A stretch of DNA of 63,561 nucleotides, filler included, from Neolecta irregularis DAH-3 (GCA_001929475.1; 7 parts of 7 records of this genome joined end to end with filler, not necessarily neighbours in it); one strand, 5' to 3'; counted from the whole stretch's first letter, positions 23,709 to 36,346 are shown. The notes: generated by a model from the letters alone, not told the origin. Numbers and translations: made by a program.

Positions 23709-25273
23709 CTACATCATCAGTTGCAACCTACAATGGCCGATTACAAAAGTCTGTCTCATCGCTATTTTGACAGCCCACCAGTAGGACAAGTGAAATGGCA
23801 GAGTTACATAAGATGTCAGCAGGTGGTTAACTACCATGCAGACTGCCGCATAGATCTTCATTGACTTCTTTGCCGATCCATCTTTACCCAAGAAGAACGG
23901 CTGGATAGACTGTCGAAACCCTTCACAGTTAACAAGGTGAAAGTCTCAAACGGCATACTCCCAGAAAGCATTTGCAATGCTGCAACAGTAGAAAATGTGA
24001 TGAAATACCCAGCATTAAACCCATGCCATACGGCGCTAGCAAAATAGGTTGTGAACTTGTGCATAAAGCCCCGACACCTGGTTTCTTCCAGGGTGTCACG
24101 CGGGTGTAAATGTAGTATTTGAGATATCGATGAGTGGAGGAATTCCCATTTCGCCAAAACTCCGCTACTGACGTTGATGTTTCAGAACCCCACCAATGAA
24201 ATGTGGAAATCTTGTTCCAGTCATAAGAGCCATCTGGGTAGATTTGATAAGCCAGGCCATTCGAAGACAAAGATGATTCATTAAAAAAGTATACCGAGGC
24301 TACCTTGAAACTATAAACTTGGAGGATTATCCATTCAATAAGGATTCTTGCAATCAATCTTGATAACGAATGGATGTTTACCGCTGCAAAAAAGATTTCT
24401 CTCCATTCATGTATCTCAGTTGTGTAAATGGATCATATTCATCGCGCAGCTTGTACCAAAGCATGGAGAAGATTATTGCTCAACCAAATTTTCGAAGGGT
24501 TATCCAGATGGTTGAAGGAGTAGTTTGAACTTTCCAATTTTGATATATCGCATATTCGAAAGCAGGAGAGCGCAAATTTGTTTGCGGACACATTGCCCAT
24601 CCAAGAAAGTTCATTGGGCTGGGAAGCTGGATTGCATTTTCTCTGTGATATCGAATCAGTTCCTGTAACGTTGTTATATTGGTTGATTACACAGAAAACC
24701 GAACCTTTGCCGGCCGACGACCGTCGTGAACATTCCATGCAAACATGTTCATTCGCTGATATGTAACCATGAGGGAAGCAATAGCATTTGTAGGTCGTCC
24801 TGTGAATTCTCTATAGTGACTAACGAATCAACTGAATTCACTAGATTTGGCCTTATACAAATACCCGAGCAAGGTGTTCTGAGCAAGAAAGTTAATCCAA
24901 GGCATATTCTTCCCTTTGAACGTGTTACAGATCGTATATGTTAATAACATAGAACATCCAACCACGAAAAGACCGTTGTAATAGTCCATAATGATCAGGA
25001 AGAATGACACTGACAGCCTAAGCTATCAAATTTACTAAATGAGAATCGAAATTACAGAATATTCGAGATATCCCAATACTTTCTCGGTATCAGTTTCCTC
25101 TGAAATAATCCAAATACTGTGCTGATAATGACACATATTATATTCCGAATCAAGATGTAATCGAGCGTATATATTACAGCGAGATAATCGATACAGTAGT
25201 CTAGCTTTTTCGAATAGAAAGGATACGGCCGCTTCATGAAAACTGGAATCTTATCCACTTGAGGTGCTTCCAT
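23709..25273 (-). pseudogene. MBOAT (Ale1-like lysophospholipid acyltransferase) pseudogene
   Basis: FAWNVHDG, YLKYYIYTRVTP.KKPG, SAVWHGFNAGY motifs. In-frame TGA at 24480-24482 and a frameshift at about 24060-24090. Confidence 0.75.
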
Positions 25274-25453
25274 CTCAGATTGGAGTATGGCGATTGGGCG
25301 GTATGGCGGTGAAGTCATCCCCAATCCCGCCGAAAGCGGAAATGGGCTATATCAAAAGGCCTCGGATGTGTACGGGTGCTTCAGAGTATGAGATCCTACA
25401 TTAGCAGATTGGAGGTGAATGATGACGCCAAAACAAACTAAAAGAATAATATA

Positions 25454-25822
25454 TGTGAGCGTTGGGTGTCCGGACTTGCCGCTCAGGAGGCTTCACTGGG
25501 TATATACGATCGCGCTTCAGGAATACGGGCAATTACGTGTATATTGCTCCGGTGTGGCCTGTCTTGCTAATCAAGACAGGCCCTACTTATAAAAGAGCGG
25601 GTGCATGCGCTTCCTTCATCCTCTCTGTTTGTCCCCCGGCCTACCTCTCGGGTGGCGAAGCTTGTGAACGTCCTGACTTGGTTCGGTGATACTGCTTGCC
25701 CCACTGAGGCTGCTCCGATCGGCGCCGCCTTCAGTTGGTCCTGAACCGTTGGGGGCGTCATAGTCGCATGCGATGCTGGGCGCCAGTACCGTCAGATCGT
25801 GGGGCGCGATTATATCCCCACA
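25454..25822 (+). mobile_element. Complete solo LTR, family A (369 bp)
   Basis: TGTGAG..CCCACA termini, 5-bp TSD ATATA on both sides, internal TATAAAA at 25588. Confidence 0.9.
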
Positions 25823-25972
25823 ATATATGCCATACAAAAATAGTCGTGCAAGATAGATTGATCACGCAGATATCGGTTCCGAGCCCGGTACAGTGTCCAC
25901 CATCGCCCGCCCTAGAGTTCTGCGCTGCCTGCCTGCCGGAGGTCCTCAGGCGGACAGGTTGGGCAGGTAAAA

Positions 25973-26075
25973 TGTAAGTAGCGAAGCGTAGCGTACCAAT
26001 AAGATCAAGTTATATTTCTTAACCTAAATAAGCAAACCTCTACAGTTAGGTTGAGGTATGCCGGTCAGTGTCCCT
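25973..26075 (-). mobile_element. 3' part of LTR family B
   Basis: TGTAAG..CAATAAGATCAAGTTATATTTCTTAACCTAA..TTAGGTTGAG matches the reverse complement of 38385-38471. Confidence 0.75.
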
Positions 26076-26119
26076 TGGATATGGTCAAAGGAGCTCTACA
26101 ACTGAGACAAAATGTTGGT

Positions 26120-26224
26120 CGCCCGATGAGGGGCTCGAACCCTCGACCTTGGGATAGCATTTATGTTTTTGCACCTGTGATAGCGCGTAAAAGTCCCACG
26201 CGCTACCGATTGCGCCAACCGGGC
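26120..26224 (-). tRNA. tRNA-Lys(TTT) with 32-nt intron
   Basis: Reverse complement GCCCGGTTGGCGCAATCGGTAGCGCG-TGGGA-CT-TTT-A-[intron]-A-TCCCA..GGTTCGAGCCC..ATCGGGCG. Confidence 0.93.
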
Positions 26225-26310
26225 ATTGAGTATTTGCTGGGTGATTAGAACATACATAGATAGCAGCTACATTGCTAAACGGCAACTACATAGAGATGTT
26301 TCGATTCTGA

Positions 26311-27902
26311 ATGACCTCAACATCCTATAGAATAGCTTCTTCGACAGGTCGTCGAAGAGTTCCATCGATTGGCCTTGAATTGCATTTTCAGTTATCAACT
26401 CTGCGGAAGTTATTCTCGCCTGCACCAAAATCACTGCCTAGTTCTTCGCCGAATTCAAACCTTGCTCCTTTTGATGCAGGTCTGCCTGGGTCGCAGCCGG
26501 TACTGTATTCACAAGATAGAAATGGTCCTAAATGACATAGCAACTGAATCTACACGCTCTCGTTCAGGCTGTTCGTACTTGTCTCCTTTTGAAATGCGAT
26601 ATCCAGAGGCTATGTACTTTTGATCGAAAACATTACTTTTATCCAGATAGCCCAAATGGTTATCAAATCACTCAACACTACCGTACCTCCTCTCATTTGT
26701 ATCATTCTAACGATGAGATCCAATAGGGAGATCGGGGAGCTTTGATTCTGTCTGTATATCTCAAGTTCAACTCGAACAAGATACTGCAAAAACAATATAC
26801 TCAGATGCCTCTACTCTCATCGATTATAACCGTTCAGGAAACGCTTTGGTCGAAATTGTCACCACGCCCACGCTGAAATCGGCCCATGAAGCATCAGCAT
26901 TTATCCGCAGTCTCCAAAGATCGATGAAAAGTATGGGGATAAGTCAAGCGGCTATGGACAAAGGGAGCCTTCGAGTTGATGTGAATGTCTCAGTCTCAGG
27001 CGGCGGTAAAGTCGAGATTAAAAATCTGGCCAGTGTGCGAGGCGCAAAAGCAGCTATTGGTAGGATCATTTTCTTTTAAATAAATTTGACTTCAGAATAC
27101 GAGGTTACACGACAAACCAACCTTTTGGAAGCTAGATCCGATGTTTTTCAAGAGACAAGAGGATTCGATGGAGAAAAAACATTTAGTGTGAGAATGAAAG
27201 AGACCAGCAGTGATTATCGATATATGCCCGATCCAGATATTCCACCAGTTTATGTCGACGAAGTAGGTCTTCGCAATTGCATAATTAATCATACTCAGAA
27301 ATTTATATCACGATGTAAAGACTCGCTTCAATCTGAAGAATTACCTGAGTCGATCATGCAGCTTCTATCGTCTTCACCATACAATTTGCCATATGCGGAT
27401 GCCAAAAGTCTTCTCGACCATTCAGCCACAAATTTCTTTAAAGAAGCATGGAGCATTCATCCACATCGTTCTACTGCCAACTGGTGTGCCTCGAACTATT
27501 CGTCAGGTTAACTTTAGGATCATTCATGATCTTTGCGGACGGCTTAAGGATGTCGAATTCAATGAATGTCTAATTACGCCTTCCGATATCGCTCGCCTGA
27601 TCCAAAAGGTTGACGACAAAACAATTACAGCATACACAGCTAAAACAATTCTTGCACAGGCGATAACTGGTAAAATCCCAATCAATGATATTATTTTGCA
27701 AGCAACCAAGGCGAATGTTAACAATGATCTGGGCACTGTTTTGGAAGCCTTGATGAAAAGAAATAAGGCGCAAGCAAACCAACTCTCCAACGGCGAAGAA
27801 AAGATAGTGAAATGGTGGGTAGGGACTGTTATGAGAGAATTGCGAGGAAGATGTAAAGTAGAAGAAGTGGAAGTACTTGTAAGGTCTTTACTAGGGAGAT
27901 GA
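26311..27902 (+). CDS. PET112: Mitochondrial glutamyl-tRNA(Gln) amidotransferase subunit B (GatB), 5 introns
   Basis: [72 protein letters not shown]. Confidence 0.92.
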
Positions 27903-28049
27903 CTGTCTTCTTTCCTTTGCGACAGTATCGCAAGGCCTCGGATCGCCTTGAGCGGAATTCGCTTTTTCGCACATAGAGTTGTATCAATTAGATACAGGAT
28001 ATCATCTAGGGTTTATTTATTAGAGGAACCGATCCGTTTAGAATATAGG

Positions 28050-28113
28050 CAGGGTTCCTAACCGACTGGACCAGACCGACCAAGACCCCTGGTCTGGTCG
28101 GTCTGGACCGCTG
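28050..28113 (+). mobile_element. Probable DNA transposon terminus (CAGGG..) with GACCAGACC subterminal repeats, running into a gap
   Basis: CAGGGTT start; ACCAGACCGACC and GGTCTGGTCGGTCTGG are inverted motifs; lies at a contig end. Confidence 0.5.
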
Positions 28114-28213
28114 NNNNNNNNNNNNNNNNNNNNNNNNNNNNNNNNNNNNNNNNNNNNTTAATTAATTAANNNNNNNNNNNNNNNNNNNNNNNNNNNNNNN
28201 NNNNNNNNNNNNN

Positions 28214-28393
28214 GTGTTAATTTATACGTGGCCAGGCTTACTCAACTAGGAAATTATCGAACCGTCCATAAGAACCAGGGGTGAAATTCAGATTCCTGCC
28301 CAAATCCGGATGAAAAGGGTCGCAGAGGAAGGCGGCAGGGGCGAGGGAGGTGGGAGAACGACAACGGTGCAGAATAATCCTACAGATATTACA
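28214..28393 (-). mobile_element. LTR-like repeat (family E), partial
   Basis: About 130 bp near-identical to 29552-29684; ends ..ATTACA (TGTAAT on the - strand). Confidence 0.6.
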
Positions 28394-28970
28394 CTTCGCA
28401 GAAATGATGAATCATCGGTGAAAGTTAGCTTACAAAGAGATAACAAAGATATAACAAAGAAAGAACTACAAGAACAGGCTTTGAAGTTGACAAAGTGNNN
28501 NNNNNNNATAGAACATACCCATCATTTGAAGTTTCACCGACATTGGAAGATCGGGCTTTCCATATCTACGAAGAATTTCATCTTGTTAAGTTAGACAAGG
28601 TTGACAGATAATTATTTTAGTACTTGTTGCTTTAGTATAGACCGATTCGGAGTCAATCAAGAGCCCTATTTGGAAAGAACAATGTCTTTTAGGTTTACAG
28701 GATATCTACCATCCATATCAAAAATGCAAGCTTTGATAGGTTTCTTGGTTTCATGAATATCAAGAGTCGACATTTTCGAGGTTGAAAAGTTTCAGTTCGC
28801 GAAAGTGAAAGTCTATGGAAGTCTATGGACCAAAATGAAAAAAGGAACGACATTTCTGACATTGCAAAGGCCATCAGAAATTTTTGCAGTATATATATTC
28901 TCTTAGAAGACGACATTTTAATAATATTTTCGATCCAACGACAGGTAATAATACAAAAGACACAAAATTT

Positions 28971-29073
28971 TGCTCTGGGGGAGGGTCGAACTCCCGGCCT
29001 TCGGATTTTTAGATCTGAGATTGACTCAGGAAGGCTATGAGACCGACGTAATAACCAACTATACTACCAAAGC
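28971..29073 (-). tRNA. Elongator tRNA-Met(CAT) with 29-nt intron
   Basis: Reverse complement GCTTTGGTAGTATAGTTGGTTATTACG-TCGGT-CT-CAT-A-[intron]-A-TCCGA..GAGTTCGACCC..CCAGAGCA. G1-C72 and TTC in the T loop indicate elongator. Confidence 0.92.
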
Positions 29074-29392
29074 AGTTGGACACAAAGGTTTCAATTCTTT
29101 ATATAACTAATAAATTTATTTACAAGGGGTTACAATTGAAAGTAATAGCAAAATAGAGCTTGGGAGATTCTGTGGCGAGTGTCCTTTGGACTAGCTATGC
29201 AGCAGGTTGAAATAACCAAAACATACGTCATTTTCCTAATCTAACTCAAGGTCTCTGGTTTCTGTTTCGCTACGATCATGGAATTTCCTCTCCTTTGGAA
29301 ACGAAGTCGGGGCCCAACAAAGATCCATTTATTAGCTCCCGCAATTGGCTAATTGTGAAGCGATCATATAGTTTTCTGGGGATGCTGCTGCT

Positions 29393-29684
29393 TGTGTACT
29401 GTTTTCAGGATTAAAGAATACAGGCAACTATGCGGCCCACACCCCACACGGAACAAGGGAACTGGTGGTGCCCGTCCAGTTTGGGCATGCAGAGCACAAG
29501 TGGAGGTCACGGAGCCAGAAGCGAAAGGAGCGGGACTCAAGGCGCTCTGGCGTGTTAATTTATACGTGGCCAGGCTTACTCAACTAGGAAATTATCGAAC
29601 CGTCCATAAGAACCAGGTGTGAAATTCAGATTCCTGCCCAAATCCGGATGAAAAGGGTCGCAGAGGAAGGCGGTAGGGGCGAGG
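29393..29684 (-). mobile_element. LTR-like repeat (family E), second copy; left boundary approximate
   Basis: Direct repeat of 28214-28345, running into a gap. Confidence 0.55.
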
Positions 29685-29784
29685 NNNNNNNNNNNNNNNN
29701 NNNNNNNNNNNNNNNNNNNNNNNNNNNNTTAATTAATTAANNNNNNNNNNNNNNNNNNNNNNNNNNNNNNNNNNNNNNNNNNNN

Positions 29785-29848
29785 CCTTTCCGCCACTTGC
29801 TGTATTGGTATGGGTATATCCGGGTAATAGCCGGGATATACCCTTACA
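29785..29848 (-). mobile_element. 5' end of a young LTR, identical to 3190-3253
   Basis: Exact reverse complement; ends ..CCCTTACA. Confidence 0.75.
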
Positions 29849-30219
29849 CCTTGATACTACATTATCAATTTCCATACTGTCACAGGTGCTTACGTGTAGA
29901 GTGTTATCATTCGAAGTTCAAGTGATGATTGAACATATCGCACTTTATTCAGAGATAGCTTGTTCGCAGATGGAGAACATTGTTGACTTCCGCTACCATA
30001 GATTCCTTCAGTGAAGATGGCGGCGAATGAATTACAGGAATACTTCATTAAGAAGCATTCCTCTGCACATTGCTCTATCAGTTTTACAAAGTCATCGCGA
30101 TGGTGTCCTTTTTCACCAAATTCATCTATCCTTGTTTCCTCTGTGAAATAATGGAGATGTGATGCAGCGCAAACGAGATTCAAATGAAGCACGATCGACC
30201 ACAAGAGCTTTGATAACAT
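29849..30219 (-). CDS. Putative small secreted Cys-containing protein, interrupted by an LTR
   Basis: ATG, hydrophobic leader MLSKLLWSIVLHLNLVCA, CAEEC..CNSF motif, probable 37-nt GTAAGC..TAG intron at 29857-29893. Confidence 0.45.
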
Positions 30220-30339
30220 AATATAGGGTAATGGTCTGAGTAGAGTAAGGATGCGGTATGAGCCTGTAGAGGAGAGTTAGGCAAAACCTCTTCCTCACGG
30301 CATCAAGCCCTTTTATCAAGTCGCAAGGATTGTCCGGCT

Positions 30340-30800
30340 TCGGCTCTTCCTTACTCTCTCTGAAAAAGCCACAAATATGTGAAACACATTTGGTTGAGAT
30401 TAGCCAAAAAGTGTTGAAGTCCGGATGCGGACGACGCGGGCATTTGATGAGGGGAGGCCGGCAGTGCTGAATTTAGCAGAGTAGGCCATTCTCTGAAGTA
30501 GTGTAGACCCAGTCTCGTACTTCCTGGTCTTGAAACCAAGAAATTTAGGGTCTTTTCCCTTGAAAATAATTAATGATCGAGATAATTTTCCAGTGGCTGA
30601 AACTGTCTCAACAATAGTCAATAGATACCCACTCACGATTTTATTCATTCTGTTGTTTGTGGTAGTAATGTTGAACTTGTTCACATCTATTGAAAAACTC
30701 TTAAAGTATCTCTGGGCTCTGGCTGGGTATTTGGATTCGAGAAGTTTAAATAGGCCTACCAATACAGGAAGATATTTGTGGATTTCGTTGAATCGCCTAC
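30340..30800 (-). mobile_element. Degenerate pogo/Fot1-type DDE transposase fragment
   Basis: TIVETVSATGKLSRSLIIFKGK resembles the pogo TIIECISA.G..LP.LIIFKGK motif; RLNEIHKYLPV resembles the upstream HTH region. Confidence 0.6.
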
Positions 30801-33106
30801 CCTGACTAGCAGGAGAGGCTTTTAAGAGTTATTCAATATACACAGTTACTTCTTTAGGAATGTCAAAGGAGTACCTTTGAGTAAACAGCTGCCAAACGCG
30901 ATCAATTTCAAATTGATCGTGGAAACCCGAAAAGACATTGAAAAGATGCGCCTCGACGAGGGCTTTCTAAGCCAGCACCAAAGGCAAGTTTGCGTGCTGA
31001 CATGCCGCTTTGTATGTGAGGGGTATCGTTTTCTTTTCTGCATCTTTACGAGCTCTCTGAGCAGCAATGTACTAATCAATTGAAATCAACAGAAAGCTTA
31101 TAGGATTATAGGTTGTTGATTGGTGAGCGCGGTCGTATTGACTTTCAGTCTCTTGGGTCGTCAAGACTTTGAAACGGAAATATTACCCATGGTGAAAATT
31201 TGAGGGTGGGCGTTTGACGCAAAAGGTTGTTGAGTGCCGTAAGCTGGCCAGCAGTCGATCAGAATATTACCTTGAAGAACTTGTTCATCCTCTTGATATC
31301 GCTTGAGGAATTGGTGGATGAATTCAAGGTTTACTTGTGCGGAGTAGGCAATTTTCACAGTTTGACACTTGTACGTCAGGGAATTTCAACTCAAATNNNN
31401 NNNNNNNNNNNNNNNNNNNNNNNNNNNNNNNNNNNNNNNNTTAATTAATTAANNNNNNNNNNNNNNNNNNNNNNNNNNNNNNNNNNNNNNNNNNNNGCCC
31501 GCCCGCCCGCTGGAGATTGATTGAGCCCCCCGCCCGCCGGAGGGTCTCCTGTTAGGGTTAATAGCGTTCTGCATCGCTTCATTGTCTTCCTAATAAAACA
31601 TTGGAATGGAAGGGAAACATGTAATCGAATGGAGCCTTGTAATTCGAAAAAGCATAAAATCCACAATTTGAAAGGTTTAACGATCATAAAAAAGCAATAA
31701 CTTTAGTTAGAGATCTTCTTACAACTCATGAAATGACTCTTTCTCTGCGTTCAAAAGAACCCAAAAATCTTAAATGTATTCGAATCCAAGGCACAGCAGG
31801 GCTCGTGATCCTGCCCGCTTTGAACGATCATATGCACGTGAGCTATTAAGCTCCTCTTTCCTGCCCTTTCCCCCATTCTTCAAGTCAAGATTTTGTCTTA
31901 CCCCTACAGAAATCCCCCTGCCTTAAGGAAGACGAGGTTGAAATCTGCAAACGAAGCAATTTTTCATTTGCTTCTATACCATTAGCTTGTTGGATCAGTG
32001 AAACCGAGAGATCTGAGGAAATTAGATCCATAGATTACGAGATAGTTTGTTAGGTAGATATTCATGCAGGGTACCCGTCAAACAAAGGGTTCCGGAATTA
32101 TCCTGTAAATAAGCTTAGTAGGACATTTTACTAGAAAAGCGCATTTCCGTGTGATTAGATCATCGTGCATTCTATGCTCAACGAGATTCCAAACTCAATA
32201 ATGTTGGATCTACAAGGTTCTCGACTTCAATTCTTGTCCTGTGATGACATTTACTTCACGTTCATATCCTTCGCCTTTACAGTTCTATTATCTCGTATAG
32301 AGGACTTTGATATTTTGAGGGGTGCTGACTGTCCTAGTGCATGGGGGAGGACAGTTCCCGCGAACGAACTCGAAGCCTTGAGCTGTATATCTTGGTCATT
32401 CTTATACTGGCTATGGGAGGAATGCTTGTATCAACACCAAACTCGTTACTAGACTTCCCTTGGCTGAAGTTGAGTGTGTTTCTCGCAATTTCGTATTGGC
32501 TAATTTCTCAGAACCGGACACTTGTTCACCACTCCTTGAAGAACATTCGGCAACTCAGATACCAGATCCCCCAACTGGTAAATGTATTACGATAAGTACT
32601 TAATTAATATATAGATTGTCCTCCTTGTTTGTGTAACAAGCCAACTAAGCTTCGCAAGCTTCCACCAATCGGACATCATTCTCCTCCTGAATACGAGCAG
32701 TTACCTAGAAACACAGATTGGTTGGGGGAAATATACTTGTTCAAGGCGATATTGCCAAGGGATAAAGGCAAAGAGCTTGTGTGCAGATGCGGATGTTGAT
32801 ATCGATGAAATGGACAACTAATGCTACATATTGGCTTCGTACATACGGGGGTTTACAGGAAGAACTAGACTTCGCTATCTTAAGTATCAAATAGCGTTCA
32901 TGATTCCATAAAACTCCAGCTTTGAAATTCCGAGTACTTTAGAAGGACAAACAAGGAGATATTAGAGGATCCATTCAAGATAGCCTTCGAATATACTCAT
33001 ACTCAGCTTCAATATTTGTAATGGCCACAAGTTGAAAATCTCACTTCAGGTGACTCAGCTTATCTATATAATTTCTATGTCTTGATAATGCCTGAGCCAA
33101 TATAGA

Positions 33107-33660
33107 CAGTGTGTCCAACCGCCTGCCCACCGACGGGTCGACGGACAGATTTCATTCCTTCCCCAAGAGATCTAAACCACCCACCTGGAGAGTGCTCTGG
33201 CAGGCTATTTGGCAGTTTGGCAGTTTGGATTTGTTGAGTGCAGAATGTGAAAGAGGGTTCAGCCAAGCAGAAAAACTGACTACTGATGAAAGAAATCGTC
33301 TTGGGGATGACGCAGCTGAAGCAGATGAATGCCAGAAGAACTGGATGCCTAAGGGGCTTTTTGTAAATAGTTATGAGGAGAAATAATAGTAACAGTCATT
33401 GCACTCCTGTGTGATGCTTTCTCAAAGGTCCCACCTTGCCTTTCTTGTAACGAATGTTTCGCCTTTGAATTCTGATCTCAATAGTGGCCGTTTCGTTTGA
33501 ATCCGTTGGTTGGTTGTATAACTGTGGATTGCCTTTTGCTCTAAGTTCTGCACACAAGATTTGTCATGGATCACGTGATACAATTCTGATACACCTGGAA
33601 AATCCACCAGCCTTATCATCCGCAGTTGCATTATACATTTCACCACTACCTCACTGAGCA
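33107..33660 (+). mobile_element. Non-autonomous repeat family D (further copies at about 38690-39065 and 39590-39945), CAGTGTG terminus
   Basis: Shared blocks AGAGATC(C/T)AA(A/C)CACC.ACCTGGAGA.TGCTC, TGTGATGCTT, GTTTCGTTTGAAT, CAAGATTTGTCA..ATCA(C/T)GTGA. A similar terminus lies at 59861. Confidence 0.75.
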
Positions 33661-34256
33661 TCTACAAAATGTAAGAGCTTTGTAGAATAAATTTGAATTC
33701 TCATCAAGACAATATTTCTTAAGCACAATATTTCTTATTCCATACAGCTCATGGTACTTCTTTTCCCCTAAACCTTATTATCACACGTTGTTGCTTTGGC
33801 CACTTGAGCAAGTTGCAATATTGGGTTATCCATATCTCATCAAGAATCGTCTCACTTTTTGATTGGTTCTCAAGATAGTACTGGAATGCCTGGATAGATG
33901 AATGGGTAAATATCTCCACTGGGTTGCATGGCATCAAAGGATCATGATTCTCGGCAACAGGCATGATGGGTGGATTTGATAAAACTTTCGCGGTGGGCGT
34001 GGTGTGGCTGGTGGATTTAGTGGTGAAGCTGGTAGATTTTCCAGGTGTCGTGGTTTTCCAGGTATGCCAGAACACAGTGATCCTAAAGATTCGTCGTGAA
34101 CTTTGTGAGTTTGTGCAACATACTTGCACCATCTAAAGAAATTGTACACTAGCTGTTGATATTAGGTTTCTTTTCGGCCGGCTCTCCATCAATATGAGAG
34201 GATCCATCTCTAGATTTTACGGTCAACCGACAGTTGCATGTATCACGAAATAGATT

Positions 34257-35973
34257 TCACCTTTTTCGGGTTTCTGCCTCCCCAACAGCCTCAAGAACAG
34301 GCAAAGTTTTCCTTTTCGATTTCGTTCCGGGTCCCCAGTTTTTCGTCGGGTTCCTCTGGTAGCGAACGAGCTTTGGTCTACGCCCTAGCGCTGCGATTCC
34401 CACATGTTCTTCAAAGCTAACCTGAAAACTACAACATTAAGGCATATGAATATGTATCATACCTTGGATCCCGTTTCTCGAGAATCGTTTTTGCAACGGT
34501 GCCGTCCTTGACATTTTCCTCTTTGATTGGATTTTCCTTAATCCATTGTCTCATGATATCCCAAATATCCTCATTCGAAGCATCAGTCTTGATGCTCCCA
34601 GGAATACAGTGACTAGCAGACACTTTGAACCCAGCATTCAAAAGCGCTGATAAAAGTTCGCTGTGAGGTGGCGTTGACGAATGCAGCTTGGATGCAAGCC
34701 TTGAGGGAGTGAAAAAGAAAGGCCCCGGAAGTTCTTCGAGAGCGAGAGTTAGCATTCCTTCAATACGTGGACGAGTAGGGTAAACATTCGGGTCGAGAGT
34801 TTTTGCTGTTTCAAGCATTTTGGATACGAATTCTTTATCGTGTAAAGCACCTGCCCACATTGGTCCTGCGATCTGAAATGTCAAGGCAGATCATTAAGAA
34901 GGTATCGATACATGGGATTTGAAACCGCAATGCTGGCAATTTGAAGAGGCAGTTGGGCCGGGAGCGTTTGAGAACTTGGTTTTAACTTTCTCTGTGTTTG
35001 TAACACGGCCCATCGGCTGATTCACCCATGACCCGCAGCCGGAGCATAGGTAAGTGATCATCGATGTACTATATATCAGCATGCCATAAAAGCGAAGCAA
35101 CATCACCTTGGCAGCATCTTCACTGAAGCCGGGGAATTCTTCAGCCTTACAAAAAGCCTCACATAAAAATCGATAGATAAGCAAAGAAGCGGCTCAATAG
35201 CCTTTCCATATCTTGCTGCTGATAAAGCAATCGCGTTCAAAACCAAACGAAGTGCCTTGAATATAAATGAGTATATCTTGGATGGATCCACATACAGTTT
35301 CGTGGCAAAATTCAGCTTTCGTGGGGGACCCGCCGTAACTCGCATAACATTTCTCCGGATATCCGCTTCCCGCAAGCACCGCAACATCGGTGCAGGTCAC
35401 CAACAACAAACCGCCGTCAACAAGACATTGTACTGCTCCATCAAGAAAGGGAGCAGCCGACCCGTAAGGGTCAAGATCAACGACATTGAACTGTGAGCTG
35501 TGGCTTCGATGGGAATACATAGTTGCACATGCATCTCCTTTGTTGGCTACTACATTTTTCGAGGCTTTACTGTACTGGATATTCCGGTTGATCGCTTCAA
35601 TAGCCGATGCCGAAAGGTCATTGGCGAGGACTTGCTTAACGTGTGGAATTTCTTTTCCATATCGGATGGCACGTAACCCAGTCGCCGATAAGGCTTCCAA
35701 AATAGTAAAATCGCCATTCGAGTTGGCTTTTTCGCCATTAGAATTTTGCTTGGTTTTCGTTGCTTTCCGCTCCAGTGCTTCTTTCTTTTTCCTTTGCCAT
35801 TCATCGCCCCATGTTCGGATCGCAAGAACAGATAAATCACGGTTGAATTGCTGAACAGGGTTGTAAAAAACGGAATTCGTTTTCGGAAATAAAATGCTCG
35901 CTAACCCTTCTTTCACTATGGTATAACGATCCAGGGAGACTTCCTGAAACTTTGATGGAGGGTTTGACTCCAT
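34257..35973 (-). CDS. TRM1: tRNA (guanine26-N2,N2)-dimethyltransferase, 4 introns
   Basis: [57 protein letters not shown]. Confidence 0.95.
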
Positions 35974-36346
35974 TTTTTCTCCAACGCTGAAATGACTAGT
36001 GTTTGAGAAATGTTTTCTGTTTCGGATAATGATCCAGGGCGAAGAAGAAAATTGTAGCCAGAAAGCAGAACGGCGGTAGAATGGTATGAAGATAGTGTTA
36101 AAAATAATGATGCTGAGTGATAATTTGGTGGGCACTATTTCAATGGACGACAGCAAGAGTCGTCCGGTCAGATGTCAGCCAATATAAGTCAGAGGATACA
36201 ATAGACGCCAGCCCATACTACTTATGATATGTCAACAGATATACAGATATTAGAAAATACACAAGAAAAAAGAACAATAAACCTTATCTGAATTCCAGCT
36301 CTATCATCATATCTGAAAACTCTACAATTCGTAAAAATCCCACTTG

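Noticed and set aside
24480-24482. TGA as readthrough, recoding or an A-to-I editing site
   Set aside because: The same gene also has a frameshift, and other genes here use TGA as a normal stop; a pseudogene is the simpler reading.
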